Below, piece by piece: positions 1-10,522 of a stretch of DNA of 64,000 nt (the first letter of the stretch is position 1; each line of letters opens with the position of its first letter). A program made the translations under genes and the position numbers. The DNA is from an uncultured Gammaproteobacteria bacterium (lineage in GTDB: Bacteria; Patescibacteriota; Patescibacteriia; Patescibacteriales; UBA12465). The stretch covers positions 56,598 through 120,597 of the forward strand of contig CAZFEF010000001.1 of the NCBI GenBank assembly GCA_964517555.1, given 5' to 3'. The notes under the pieces are model-generated. The model did no database searches. It had not been told where the DNA came from and was given only the letters and a program-made list of their open reading frames with translations.

Positions 1-1
1 G

Positions 2-121
2 ATAATTTCTCCTAGTAGCCATGATTTAAATTCCGTAGCTAATTTGGCCTTATTATCCCATACAATTCCCTATGAAGTTTTAGTGCGTATTCAAGCTAAT
101 ATTCACCGTGAGATAACGTAA
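2..121 (+). CDS. alr: Alanine racemase, C-terminal end (partial at window edge)
   Basis: Frame 2 translates to ...NSVANLALLSHTIPYEVLVRIQANIHREIT*; TIPYE(V/I)L is the typical Alr C-terminal motif. Confidence 0.75.
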   Translation: MISPSSHDLNSVANLALLSHTIPYEVLVRIQANIHREIT

Positions 122-134
122 TAAAAATAGAATT

Positions 135-1043
135 ATGTCAAGAAGGGGAGGGCAGTCACATCATAATAGGGTAAGGAAGGACTATTCGCGGCGACAGCTG
201 GAAAACCCCTTCTATCGCCAAAATAAAGCCAACCAGGACCATTCTCGTCGACTGGGTAAGATTGTTATCTATTTGATTATATTGTTTTTGGTTGTTGCTA
301 TTTGGTTCTTTCTGGCTTCGCCAGTGTTTAATTTGAAGCAGATAAAAGTCATTGGTGCCAACCGAGTGAATTCGGCCGAGATCGAACAAGCCATTTGGAG
401 CCAGGCTGATAGTCGAGTTTTGGGTGTTTTTTCCCAGCATAATTTTTGGCTGTTTAAAAGAGAACTGGCCGCTGAAGCTATTCAAGAACGCTATCATCTA
501 GCCAGTATCAGCGTCCATCGGCGATTATTCCATACATTAGAGGTTAAGATTCAGGAGCGTGATTATGTTTTTATTTGGCAAGAAGACGGCCGACGTTATT
601 ATCTAGATGCCGGCGGCAATATAGTTGATGAGATTTATACTACGCCAGAGCTAACGATTATTAGCCTAGAGGCCTCCAGTACCGCTTCTAGTACCGCGCC
701 TTTGCCATCTCCGTCTAGTGATTATCCTTTAATTGATAATCAAAGCGGGACTAAGATTCAAAATGATCAGGTTGACGTCAGTACTGAATATCTTAACTGC
801 GCTCTAAAGCTTTATCAGGACCTAAGAGCCTATGATCAAAGTCTATTTGATTTCTTTATTATTGATCAGGAGTATGATACCTTCAAACTGCGGTTAAAAA
901 ATGGGGTTTTGGTCTATTTTAATCCTCAAGAGGACTGCGATAAACAAATTCGTAATTTAATGGTATTATTAAAGGGTGAGTATCGAGATAAGATTAGACA
1001 GAAAATTGACCTCCGTTACGGCGATAAGATTTTTTATGAATAA
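135..1043 (+). CDS. ftsQ: FtsQ/DivIB-family cell division protein
   Basis: Basic N-terminus, single TM, POTRA-like segment (IKVIGANRV...LEVKIQER), C-terminal IDLRYGDKIF. Confidence 0.75.
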   Translation: MSRRGGQSHHNRVRKDYSRRQLENPFYRQNKANQDHSRRLGKIVIYLIILFLVVAIWFFLASPVFNLKQIKVIGANRVNSAEIEQAIWSQADSRVLGVFSQHNFWLFKRELAAEAIQERYHLASISVHRRLFHTLEVKIQERDYVFIWQEDGRRYYLDAGGNIVDEIYTTPELTIISLEASSTASSTAPLPSPSSDYPLIDNQSGTKIQNDQVDVSTEYLNCALKLYQDLRAYDQSLFDFFIIDQEYDTFKLRLKNGVLVYFNPQEDCDKQIRNLMVLLKGEYRDKIRQKIDLRYGDKIFYE

Positions 1044-1063
1044 TTAATTATAGCTTAAAAGAT

Positions 1064-1213
1064 ATGAACAGTGAAAAATTATTTAAATTTGTTTTCGGGT
1101 TAGCAGTTTTTATTTTTTGTTTAGTGGTAGTTGGCATCTTTTTAATTCTTATTAAGATTATTCTGCTATTTACGCCTGAAGTCCATTTAATGGGTTTAAC
1201 CATGATTCAATAG
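1064..1213 (+). CDS. Small membrane protein (49 aa, not in ORF track)
   Basis: ATG1064-TAG1213: MNSEKLFKFVFGLAVFIFCLVVVGIFLILIKIILLFTPEVHLMGLTMIQ; directly follows ftsQ. Confidence 0.55.
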   Translation: MNSEKLFKFVFGLAVFIFCLVVVGIFLILIKIILLFTPEVHLMGLTMIQ

Positions 1214-1238
1214 CCCTTGAGCCTAAACCCCCTATATA

Positions 1239-1266
1239 AGGTGTATTAATATACATTATGCGAAGT
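1239..1266 (-). promoter_or_regulatory. dif-like Xer recombination site
   Basis: Minus strand ACTTCGCATAA-TGTATA-TTAATACACCT (11-6-11); spacer and CGCATAA match E. coli dif; intergenic, ~520 bp from a xer gene. Confidence 0.75.
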
Positions 1267-1351
1267 ATATGATAGGGGTAAATCGTCAGCTTTTTATTCT
1301 CCCCCAATACAAAAGGACTCTGATTTGAGTCCTTTGTTGTAGGGGGATTCC

Positions 1352-1654
1352 CTAAGATATTTGCCGCAGTTTATTTTTTATCGTCTGCAGCTCCAGTAAG
1401 CCCAGTGGTTTTACTCTAGCCCTCTGGAGAATGCTTTTGATTTCTTCGCAAACCATGGAAGTCCCTGCCCTTTTTTCCGAGATTTTCCCCAGGGCATCAA
1501 ACATACCTCGCCAGTCAACCAGGTCAATGTGGGTTGTTTTCATTTGGCCCGATGAATCACTGGTTGTTATTTTCATGGTTTTTTCGTCAAATACCTCCAT
1601 GAAGGTTATTTCGTTTATTAATTTGCTTACATATTCTGCAATATTATGTCTCAT
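1352..1654 (-). CDS. Hypothetical protein
   Basis: 100-aa ORF with GGGAGG RBS upstream and hairpin AAAGGACTC/GAGTCCTTT downstream. Confidence 0.55.
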   Translation of the reverse strand: MRHNIAEYVSKLINEITFMEVFDEKTMKITTSDSSGQMKTTHIDLVDWRGMFDALGKISEKRAGTSMVCEEIKSILQRARVKPLGLLELQTIKNKLRQIS

Positions 1655-1788
1655 TGCTTGTTCCTCCCGTCATTTCTTAGTGTAAATGATACGTTAATTA
1701 TTGGCTTTTTATATTAACATACTAGCATAAATATGTCAATACCTGGTATTTTCTGGGGGTTTATTGATATTTTTGCTATAATAGGAAT

Positions 1789-2745
1789 ATGGCTAATCAA
1801 AAACCGATAATTAAATATCTAGTTGATTTCTTGGACTATTGTGAAATCGAGAAAGGGCTTTCGGTTAAAACCCAAGAGAACTATAGTCGTTTTTTGAATA
1901 AGTTTTTTAAATGGTTAGTTAGCAGCCAGCTCTCTTCCCTGCTGCCCCAAGATTTGACCGAGGATCATATCTGGAAGTATCGAATCTTTCTTTCTCGTTT
2001 TGTTGATCCAGTGAATAAGAAACTATTAAAAAAAAGCACACAGAACTATTACCTAATTGCCCTTCGCAGCCTACTGGAGTTTTTTGTGGAAAAAAATATC
2101 GCTTCCCTGCCGCCGTCTAAAGTTAAGTTAGCCAAGGATCGATCTGAAAGGGAGATAAAGTTCTTAAAACTGGATCAGCTGAAAAAATTATTAGCCGCTC
2201 CTCAAGGTGATAGTTTGGCCGCGTGGCGCGATCGGGCTATTTTAGAAACCTTTTTTTCCACTGGTTTTCGTGTCTCCGAATTAGCTAAATTGAATCGGGA
2301 AAATCTGCGTTTTCGGGAAAATACAGTTGATTTTGAACTAACTATCGTTGGCAAAGGATCTAAGGTCAGAACTGTCTATTTTTCTGAGCGAGCCGTTAAA
2401 ACTCTTAAAACCTATTTGGCCAAGCGTGACGATTTAGATCCAGCCGCCTTCGTTAATTATCGCCCTGGAGCTAGCAAAAGTGATAACGATCGTCGTTTGA
2501 GCGTCAAAAGCATCGAATCAGTGGTCAAGAAGTATGTTAAGATCGCCGGTTTGCCGGTTAACGCTACTCCACATACCTTACGCCATTCTTTTGCCACCGA
2601 TCTCTTGTCCCAGGGAGTGGACTTGCGTCTGGTCCAAGAGTTTTTGGGACATAAGAATATTGCCACCACTCAAATCTATACCCATGTCACTAACAAGCAA
2701 TTACGGGATATTCACCAGAAGGTGCATTCGCAACATGATTTTTAA
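1789..2745 (+). CDS. Tyrosine recombinase, XerC/XerD (XerA-like)
   Basis: RDRAILE..TGFRVSEL, GKGSKVR, TPHTLRHSFAT, LGH..IATTQIY catalytic motifs. Confidence 0.95.
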   Translation: MANQKPIIKYLVDFLDYCEIEKGLSVKTQENYSRFLNKFFKWLVSSQLSSLLPQDLTEDHIWKYRIFLSRFVDPVNKKLLKKSTQNYYLIALRSLLEFFVEKNIASLPPSKVKLAKDRSEREIKFLKLDQLKKLLAAPQGDSLAAWRDRAILETFFSTGFRVSELAKLNRENLRFRENTVDFELTIVGKGSKVRTVYFSERAVKTLKTYLAKRDDLDPAAFVNYRPGASKSDNDRRLSVKSIESVVKKYVKIAGLPVNATPHTLRHSFATDLLSQGVDLRLVQEFLGHKNIATTQIYTHVTNKQLRDIHQKVHSQHDF

Positions 2746-2805
2746 TTAGGGTATACAAAAATAAAAGAACCGAAGTAATTCGATTCTTTTATTATCTAAA
2801 TTAGA

Positions 2806-4032
2806 TTATGGTAGATAGTCTAAGGGGTTAACCGGCAGACCATTGGAGCGGACTTCAAAGTGGAGATGTGGCCCAGTACAAAACGGTCCTGATCCGGGTG
2901 AGCCCGGGATACCGCCGGTTCGACCAATGGTTTGTCCTTGGACCACGTAGTCATCGGCTTTAACATTGACACTAGAGACGTGACCATAGACAGTGGATAG
3001 GCCGTTGGCGTGTACGATCATAATATAGGCGTAGCTTTTGGAGCCATCAAACTTTACTCGAGCCACATAACCATCGGCGGCGGCTTTTAATACCGAACCT
3101 TGACCAGCCCTGATGTCGACGCCGGAGTGCTCACCAATAGAGCGGCGATAAGGATATTCTGGATCATGGAAAGTGGCGGAAATATAGTTTTTGGTTACTG
3201 GCCAGATAAAGCCATCATAGGTTAGCTTATTGCCATTTTTTAGCTTAGCCAGCTTATCGCGCATGGTTTTCTCCATATTAGAGATATCGGCCTCGGCTTG
3301 CTGTTGTTCTCTTTTGGCTTGCTGCAACATTAATTGATATTGTTTTTCTGACTGTCTAGTTTCCTGTAGGACGTAGTTCTTGTTTTGCTGTTCACCCTCT
3401 AAGGCTAATCTTTGTTCGTCTAAAACCGCCTTTAATTTATTCAACTCAGCTTGCTTCTCGGACATTATTTTCTGATCAGCTTCCAATTTGGCCTTGATTT
3501 GCTCCAGCTCCTCAACGCTGCTTAGTATCTCTTCATTGGTATTTTGCAAGTATTTTAATTGATTGATGAAGTCAGACAAAGAATCGTTGAGGAGCAAAAC
3601 TTCTAGAGTAGAAATTTGGTCCTGCTTGTACATCAATTTTAAAAGACTGGCGATTTTTTCCTTATTCTGACTAATAGCCTCATCCTTGCTCTGGATATCG
3701 ATGGTTATTTTTTTTATCTCCAAATTAGTCTTGTCAATCTCTAGCTCAGTGGATTCAATTTCTAAATTAGCTTTTTCCAAGCGATCAGTGATAATGCTTA
3801 GTTCATTATTTAGAGTGTTCCGCTCCTGTTGTTTTTGGTTAATAGCTTCTAAATATTTAGCTTGCTTGTCTTGGATTTCTCCGATTCTTTGTTTCTGGGA
3901 AGATATCTTGTCGTTTAATGATTTGATCTGTTCGTTGATCTCCTCCTCGTATCCGCCCCAAGCAAAATTAGCCTGGTTGAGAGCCAGTCCGGAAACAATG
4001 ATTAAGACGATAATTTTGAGATATTTAGGCAT
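2806..4032 (-). CDS. Coiled-coil M23 peptidase (murein hydrolase/activator)
   Basis: Signal peptide, long coiled coil, HSGVD and TGPHLHFEVR LytM motifs. Confidence 0.9.
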   Translation of the reverse strand: MPKYLKIIVLIIVSGLALNQANFAWGGYEEEINEQIKSLNDKISSQKQRIGEIQDKQAKYLEAINQKQQERNTLNNELSIITDRLEKANLEIESTELEIDKTNLEIKKITIDIQSKDEAISQNKEKIASLLKLMYKQDQISTLEVLLLNDSLSDFINQLKYLQNTNEEILSSVEELEQIKAKLEADQKIMSEKQAELNKLKAVLDEQRLALEGEQQNKNYVLQETRQSEKQYQLMLQQAKREQQQAEADISNMEKTMRDKLAKLKNGNKLTYDGFIWPVTKNYISATFHDPEYPYRRSIGEHSGVDIRAGQGSVLKAAADGYVARVKFDGSKSYAYIMIVHANGLSTVYGHVSSVNVKADDYVVQGQTIGRTGGIPGSPGSGPFCTGPHLHFEVRSNGLPVNPLDYLP

Positions 4033-4071
4033 ATAAAATACTATAACATATTTTATATATTTTGTAAAATA

Positions 4072-5616
4072 TTATTTATTAATAGCCAATTTAATGCGCT
4101 TGATAGACTCTTCCCTACCTAAGGCCCAGGCGATTTCTGCTGGCCCCGGACTATTTTTTTGTCCGCTTAAAGCTATTCTTAGTGGCCAGAGATATTCTCC
4201 GGTGGGTAACCCTTCCCTTTTTGTCCTTTCCATAATTTCCTCTTCCAAATTGTCTCTGTTCCAATCAGTCTCCGGTATTTTCTCTAAGAGATCAGCAAAA
4301 TATTGTAGATGATTTTTGGCTTCATCCATGGTCATATTTTTCCAGATGAGCAATTCTCGATCATACTCCGGTTCATCCACGAAAAGAAAATGGCTCAACC
4401 CCGGTATTTCCATTAATGTTTTAAGCCTTTCTTGGGAGAGACTAATGATTTTCTCTAATTGTCCCCAGGTAATTTTCTGGCCATTTAAGCGATTAGTATA
4501 ACTCTTGACCATGGAGCGTTTAGGAAAAAATATTTTCCAAAATGATCCGCATTTTTCTTTGATGATTTTGGTTTCTATCAAATACGGCAGACAGAGCTTG
4601 GTTAGTTCGGTGATATTCTTTTGTCGCAGATAATAGCCGTTAAAATAATTAAGCTTATCCAAATCAAAGACTGCTGGCGATGCGCCCAGCCCTTTAATGG
4701 TAAAGATTTTTTTTAATTCCTCCAAATTAAAGAGCTCGTCATTTTTTTCAGTTTCTGGTCGCCAACCGAGTAGAGCGCAGAAGTTTATCAAAGCTTCGGG
4801 CAGGTAGCCTTTTTTTTGATAATCTTCCACAAACACATCCCCCTGACGTTTGCTTAATTTGCCGCCGGTTTTATTTAGGATTAAAGGGAAATGAATAAAT
4901 TTTGGCGGAGTCCAACCAAAGGCCTGATAGAGTAAGATGTTCTTAGGGAACGAAGGTAGCCATTCATCGCCACGGGTGACATGAGAAATGGCCATTAAAT
5001 GATCATCGACTACGCTGGCGAATTGATAAGTTGGGATGCCGTCGGATTTTATTAGAACGTGATCTTCGAGATCGGTGGCGGCAAATTTAATCTCCCCACG
5101 TAATTCATCATGGACTAAAACCTCGCCCTCTAAAGGCATTTTTTGCCTAATAACATAAGGATCGTGGTTATCGAGGTGCTCTTTAATTTCTGCTTCACTT
5201 AAATCACGACAACGACGATCGTAGCGGGGCGCCTGCTGATTTTTCTGTTGTTCCTGACGCATAGCCTCTAACCTAGTGGCCGAGCAAAAACAACGATAGG
5301 CTTTATTGTCTGCTAATAGCTTTTCACAGTGCTCCTGGTAGATTTTTAATCTCTGAGTTTGGATATAAGGACCATATTCCCCGCCCTGTTGCGGCCCCTC
5401 GTCGAAATTTATTCCGGCCCAACTGGTTACTTGCAGCAGTTTCTCTACCGCCCCCTTGGTTTCTCTTTTTTGATCGGTGTCTTCGATTCTTAAAATAAAT
5501 TTTCCTCCCTGGCTACAGGCGATGAGGTAACCAAAAAGAGCCGTACGTAGATTGCCGACGTGCAAGAATCCAGTGGGTGAAGGAGCGAAACGCAAGCGAA
5601 CGTTTTTATCATTCAT
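4072..5616 (-). CDS. gltX: Glutamate--tRNA ligase
   Basis: VRLRFAPSPTGFLHVG, KLSKR. Confidence 0.97.
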   Translation of the reverse strand: MNDKNVRLRFAPSPTGFLHVGNLRTALFGYLIACSQGGKFILRIEDTDQKRETKGAVEKLLQVTSWAGINFDEGPQQGGEYGPYIQTQRLKIYQEHCEKLLADNKAYRCFCSATRLEAMRQEQQKNQQAPRYDRRCRDLSEAEIKEHLDNHDPYVIRQKMPLEGEVLVHDELRGEIKFAATDLEDHVLIKSDGIPTYQFASVVDDHLMAISHVTRGDEWLPSFPKNILLYQAFGWTPPKFIHFPLILNKTGGKLSKRQGDVFVEDYQKKGYLPEALINFCALLGWRPETEKNDELFNLEELKKIFTIKGLGASPAVFDLDKLNYFNGYYLRQKNITELTKLCLPYLIETKIIKEKCGSFWKIFFPKRSMVKSYTNRLNGQKITWGQLEKIISLSQERLKTLMEIPGLSHFLFVDEPEYDRELLIWKNMTMDEAKNHLQYFADLLEKIPETDWNRDNLEEEIMERTKREGLPTGEYLWPLRIALSGQKNSPGPAEIAWALGREESIKRIKLAINK

Positions 5617-5620
5617 ATAA

Positions 5621-6790
5621 TTAGATAATTTCTTTTAACTTGTTTAAGAATATTTCAGCTGAAGGTCGGCGAAGTGGATGAATGAAGTCTAAGGCTTCTT
5701 CTAAATTAATCCAGCGATAGGCTGAGTGGTCCCAAAAATTTATTTTTATATCTTGATCTTGGCCTTCAAATTCAGCGATTACTAGGGCTTGCTTTTGCCC
5801 CTTATAGCCGGTATGTCGTTGGTTGGGAAACTTTCCCATCTCAGAATCAAATTGATAGCGATAAAGGAAGTCATAGACGGCCATCACTTTGAACTTATTA
5901 TTTCCGATCTCTTCTGTCATTTCTTTAATACCAGCAGTTTTGATATCTAATCCATCGGTTCCTCCTTGGGGAAATTGCCAGTGTCCAGGGTTTAAGGTTC
6001 TCTCCACCATCAGTACCTGATAGTTGTCGGCTTTTCGGCGATAAAGCACGCAGGCAACGTTAGGACGATATTTTAGAGGTTGAATAAAACGAGATTTGAT
6101 AACTTCTAGCGGGAAGATTATAAAAGCTCGATAAATTCTTTTAAAGCGTCGCGGCTGCTTAATCAACCGCCAGAGCCATTCAAAACCAATAGAGCGTATT
6201 GGTCGAGGGGCGCGTTTGGCTTTTTTAGTCAAAAAATCTAAGGCCCCACCGATGCCAATGGCCACCTTTAGCCCTGGTATCTTTTGATAATTATGGAAGA
6301 TAAATTTTTCTTGATATGGTGCGCCTAGGGCTACTAGAATAATATCTGCTGTCGGTAATTTTTCCGTTTCTTCTTTGCGTCCTATTTCTTTGATAATAAA
6401 ATTAAGTCGAGGATATTTTTGTCGAATTATTTTTTCGATATCGGCCGCTCGAGATAATCCCTGACTCCAGGGTAGAAAAAGCACTGTTTTGTTTTTGTTT
6501 TCAGCCAGCTTTAATATCGGATTAACTAGGTCTGCTCCGGTGACTCGAGGCAGGCGACGGCCATAGAGCCAGGCGGCGAATTTTAAACCGATGCCATCGG
6601 CCAAGGATAGATCCGCTCGATTTAATATATAGAACAATTCTTCATCGTGGTTTCTAGTGGCTTCTAAAAGTATCTCTGGATTGGGAGTAACCAGAAAATG
6701 GGGCTTGGCTTCTTCTAGCCAAACCTCAATTTTTTGCATTACTTCCTTTTGATTACAACCCGAAAGGGTGATGCCGAAAAGGTTAACCAT
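5621..6790 (-). CDS. WecB/TagA/CpsF glycosyltransferase fused to a C-terminal NUDIX (RppH-like) domain
   Basis: TPNPE, ADGIG, RVTGADL, GAPYQE, KRAP..GFEWLWRL; then YRPNV..WQFPQGG..EMTEEIG and YKGQKQ. Confidence 0.85.
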   Translation of the reverse strand: MVNLFGITLSGCNQKEVMQKIEVWLEEAKPHFLVTPNPEILLEATRNHDEELFYILNRADLSLADGIGLKFAAWLYGRRLPRVTGADLVNPILKLAENKNKTVLFLPWSQGLSRAADIEKIIRQKYPRLNFIIKEIGRKEETEKLPTADIILVALGAPYQEKFIFHNYQKIPGLKVAIGIGGALDFLTKKAKRAPRPIRSIGFEWLWRLIKQPRRFKRIYRAFIIFPLEVIKSRFIQPLKYRPNVACVLYRRKADNYQVLMVERTLNPGHWQFPQGGTDGLDIKTAGIKEMTEEIGNNKFKVMAVYDFLYRYQFDSEMGKFPNQRHTGYKGQKQALVIAEFEGQDQDIKINFWDHSAYRWINLEEALDFIHPLRRPSAEIFLNKLKEII

Positions 6791-6909
6791 ATAGCTTAAT
6801 TATATAATACCGACAGGTTTTGGCAACTGGTATAACTATTTCCCTGTCTTGGCAAATTATGTTATAATAAAAGCAGCTAATTGACTTAATTATTAAGCCA
6901 AGAATTATT

Positions 6910-7872
6910 ATGCCTCAGTACAAAAAAATATCAGATCACATTTCCCAAATTGTCATCAATAATCCTAAAAACAAAGGTAGTCTAAAGTGGGTTAACATTA
7001 GTAATGCTGGTAAAAAGGAGCTTGATTATCTAAAGAAGAATTTTGATTTCAATTTAGCCCATTTGAAGGCCTCGATCTCTACAGTTTTTTCTCAACGACC
7101 GATGATTTCCGAAGAGAAAGGTTATTTTTTTATGATTTTGCATTTTCCGATTTATCATAATGGTTTAGTGATGGCTGCGGAAATTGATTTTTTTATCAGT
7201 CATGGCTATTTAATTACTGTTCACAATCGCAACATACCGGCGCTCAATATCTTTTTTGAAAGATGTAAAACCGATGCCTCTTCCCTCTTGGTTTATAACT
7301 GGGAGTCATCCATTATTTTGCTTTATGAAATTTTAGAGAGATTGATCAATGATTGCTACGTCTTAATCGATCGCAACAGTGTGGGCATCGCCAGGGTTGA
7401 AGATTTAATTTTTTCCCGTCGTCAAAAAGAGGCTGTTACCCTAACTCTTAATTTACGTCGCAATATCATTAATCTGCGCAAGATATTGCAGAATCATCAA
7501 GATATATTAGGTCGTCTGACTTTGGTTAAAAGCAGCTTAGTTCCTCAGGCTCATATTCGCAAACACTATGACAAACTAGTTGAACATTCCAAAAAAATCT
7601 GGACTACCTTAGACAATCAAAAAGAAATGATTGAAGTTTTAAATAATACAAATGAGTCGTTGTTAAATGATCAGATGACTAACATTATGAAGACTTTAAC
7701 AATTTTTTCGGTGATCGTTTTCCCTTTAACATTATTAGCGGCTATATTTGGCATGAACGCTAAATATATGCCTTTTGTAGAACATCCTTATGGTTTTTGG
7801 GTGATTATCGTTATTATGCTTATTTGTTCGGCGGGGATGTTGGTTTTTTTTCGAAGAAAGCACTGGGTATAG
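6910..7872 (+). CDS. corA: CorA-family Mg2+ transporter
   Basis: MKTLT..FGMN motif and two C-terminal TMs. Confidence 0.9.
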   Translation: MPQYKKISDHISQIVINNPKNKGSLKWVNISNAGKKELDYLKKNFDFNLAHLKASISTVFSQRPMISEEKGYFFMILHFPIYHNGLVMAAEIDFFISHGYLITVHNRNIPALNIFFERCKTDASSLLVYNWESSIILLYEILERLINDCYVLIDRNSVGIARVEDLIFSRRQKEAVTLTLNLRRNIINLRKILQNHQDILGRLTLVKSSLVPQAHIRKHYDKLVEHSKKIWTTLDNQKEMIEVLNNTNESLLNDQMTNIMKTLTIFSVIVFPLTLLAAIFGMNAKYMPFVEHPYGFWVIIVIMLICSAGMLVFFRRKHWV

Positions 7873-7983
7873 TTTTTTTATTTAGATAGATAAAATAGTC
7901 CAGAAAATGGGCTATTTTTTGTTTTCTAATTTATATTGACATAAACGATTAAACGTGATATACTATGGAGTTAGTAAAACTAT

Positions 7984-9093
7984 ATGAAAATTGCTTTAAT
8001 TGGACAAAAAGGTATCCCCTTAAACCATGGCGGCGGCGTGGAAAAACACGTTGAGAACTTAGCCGTTAGATTAGTGGAATTAGGCCATGAGGTTTTGGTG
8101 TATACTCGTCATAACTATACTGACAAGAGACTGAAAGAATACAAAGGCGTAAAGATTATCAGTCTGCCCAGTATTAATTCTAAAAACTTGGATGCTATCA
8201 CCCATACTTTTTTGGCTTGTATTGATGTTATTTTCCGTAAGGTAGATGTGGTTCACTTCCATTCGATTGGGCCTTCTTCTCTGCTGTGGCTAGTGCGTTT
8301 GTTTAGACCCAAGACTCCGGTCTTGGCCACTTTTCACAGTCAATGTTATTTCAACGAGAAATGGGGACGCTTCGCCAAATGGTATTTGCGTTTAGGTGAA
8401 TTTATGGCTTGTCGAGTGGCTACTCAGTTGATTGTCGTTTCTAAGTCTTTAGAGAATTATGTTGGCAAAAAATACAACAATCCTCGCATGGTTTATATCC
8501 CTAATGGTGTAAATACCCCTGATATCCTTGAGGCTCAAGAGATTAGGACTCGTTGGGGCTTGGAAAAAAATAGTTATATCTTAAACTTGGGGCGCTTGGT
8601 AAAAAACAAAGGAATTGAATATCTAATTTCCGCTTTTAAGAAAACCCAAACTGACAAGAAGCTAGTTATTACCGGGGATGGTCCGATTTTGGAAGAATTG
8701 AAAACCTTAGCTGGCGATGATCGTCGTATTATTTTTACCGGTAGCCACACTGGCCAAGTTTTTGGTGAATTATTCTCTAACGCTTTATTGTTTGTCCAGC
8801 CTTCCGAATCAGAAGGTCTGTCTATTTCTCTATTGGAAGCTATGTCCTATGGTCTTCCCTGTTTGGTTAGTGATATTCCGGCTAACGTTGAGGTGGTGGA
8901 AAATTCAGCTTTGATTTTTAAAAGCCAGGACGAAAATGACTTATTGGCCAAATTAAATTTGGCTTTAGATAATCCGGAACTCTTACAGAGAAACCGAGAA
9001 CAAATGCTGACTTTGGTCAAGCAAAAGTACTATTGGCCTGACCTGGTCGACCAAATTGTCTCGGTCTATCAAAAATCTACTAAAAAAGCTTAA
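7984..9093 (+). CDS. Glycosyltransferase family 4
   Basis: GGVEKHV, IPNGV, EGLSISLLEAMSYG. Confidence 0.9.
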   Translation: MKIALIGQKGIPLNHGGGVEKHVENLAVRLVELGHEVLVYTRHNYTDKRLKEYKGVKIISLPSINSKNLDAITHTFLACIDVIFRKVDVVHFHSIGPSSLLWLVRLFRPKTPVLATFHSQCYFNEKWGRFAKWYLRLGEFMACRVATQLIVVSKSLENYVGKKYNNPRMVYIPNGVNTPDILEAQEIRTRWGLEKNSYILNLGRLVKNKGIEYLISAFKKTQTDKKLVITGDGPILEELKTLAGDDRRIIFTGSHTGQVFGELFSNALLFVQPSESEGLSISLLEAMSYGLPCLVSDIPANVEVVENSALIFKSQDENDLLAKLNLALDNPELLQRNREQMLTLVKQKYYWPDLVDQIVSVYQKSTKKA

Positions 9094-9262
9094 AATACGG
9101 GGATTACTTCTAGCACTTGACATAATTACTAAAATTATATAAAGTGTTGAGTCAGATAATCCCCCGCTTTAGTTTTTAGCTTATATTGCCTGAATATTAA
9201 AGCGGGAGATTGTCTCTTCGGTCTTTTACAATTCACAGTATATTAACCAAATCCTTTCAACA

Positions 9263-10429
9263 ATGAGAAAATTCCTTTTAGCTTTGTTTGTCGCAGTTGT
9301 AGCTTTAAGCTCCTGCAAAAAAGAAACGACCGATGCCTATACGGGCGACGATCAGAATCAGAATTCGACGGCCTACCAGATCAGCTACAGTTTCGGAGGA
9401 AAACAGACGACCGGACTGGTTTCGAACGGCGATACCCTGTATTGCCCGATCGGAAAAGTGCTTTTTGAGTTGATTCCGACGGCCAATGCTGACTGGACCT
9501 TCTATACGAGTTCCTGGTCCATGCTTTCGACTGCCGCCAGTATCAATGAGGCCGCTTATACCTTTTCGACTTTGGGGTGGTACTACCTGACAGTAGTGAA
9601 TCCCGCGCTAGGGATCAATATTACGGTAGTGATCAATGTCAACAACGGCGTACAACCGGTAACCCCGCAAAGCGTTCGTTATGTCGGTGCCTGGTACAAC
9701 CAGAATACCAACGAAATGAATTATGTGTTCCGCGGTCCCAAAGTGTTTCTGTCGGCCACTCAATTCTTTCAGGTTGGTGACGCCTGGAACAACGGCTTTG
9801 CCGAAGTTTTTTCTGGCATGCACATGGTTGGTGCTGATAGCGTTGATGTGGAAATTGCGTTTTCGGCAACCACCGCCCCGTCGCTTAAGAAATTCTGTTA
9901 TGGAGCCACTGTTCTTGGTACGAATACCTGGGTTTCCGGTTGCGATGGTTTATGGCATACCGGCCTTTCTGGACCCGGCAATGACCTCTGGTGGTTCTAC
10001 CCGTCATACGGAACGGCAGTTCCGCACGGAGGTAATACAGCCACAGTGCCTGGAAGTATTCCTGACAACAACGGATCGGTGAATCCGGATATCGCCCCCA
10101 TGACGATTTCCGGGACTAACCTGCGAATTTACTGTTTTATTCCTCCGTTGTCGTATAATGCCCTGATCGGCGCAGGCGCTTATAACCCGCAGTTCCATTA
10201 TAAATCAGCTCCTCATTACGATCCTTTCCCTGTAGGAGCTTGGACTACGGCCACCTTTACGCCTACCAGCACGAACAAAAGCTATTATTATGCTGATCTT
10301 ACCATGCCGGCCAATACCACGATCTGGTTTGAGTGGAGCCAGGCCCTAACCTTCATTCCGATGGTTAACCAAGAAAGCTTATCCGATTCTTGGGATATCA
10401 TTAACAATTGTTGCAAGGTTAGCAACTAA
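9263..10429 (+). CDS. Hypothetical lipoprotein (beta-rich)
   Basis: Lipobox ALSS-C followed by KKE; higher GC than flanks; own TTGACA promoter and terminator (AAAAAGCCCTG/CAGGGCTTTTT). Confidence 0.75.
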   Translation: MRKFLLALFVAVVALSSCKKETTDAYTGDDQNQNSTAYQISYSFGGKQTTGLVSNGDTLYCPIGKVLFELIPTANADWTFYTSSWSMLSTAASINEAAYTFSTLGWYYLTVVNPALGINITVVINVNNGVQPVTPQSVRYVGAWYNQNTNEMNYVFRGPKVFLSATQFFQVGDAWNNGFAEVFSGMHMVGADSVDVEIAFSATTAPSLKKFCYGATVLGTNTWVSGCDGLWHTGLSGPGNDLWWFYPSYGTAVPHGGNTATVPGSIPDNNGSVNPDIAPMTISGTNLRIYCFIPPLSYNALIGAGAYNPQFHYKSAPHYDPFPVGAWTTATFTPTSTNKSYYYADLTMPANTTIWFEWSQALTFIPMVNQESLSDSWDIINNCCKVSN

Positions 10430-10493
10430 GATTCAGTCAAAAAAACTAAAAAAGCCCTGAAAAACACAGGGCTTTTTGATATCCTTAGCTATC

Positions 10494-10522
10494 TTGACAT
10501 ATTTTTATTTATATGCTATAAT
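10494..10522 (+). promoter_or_regulatory. Consensus sigma70 promoter
   Basis: TTGACA-17 nt-TATAAT with extended TG. Confidence 0.8.
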
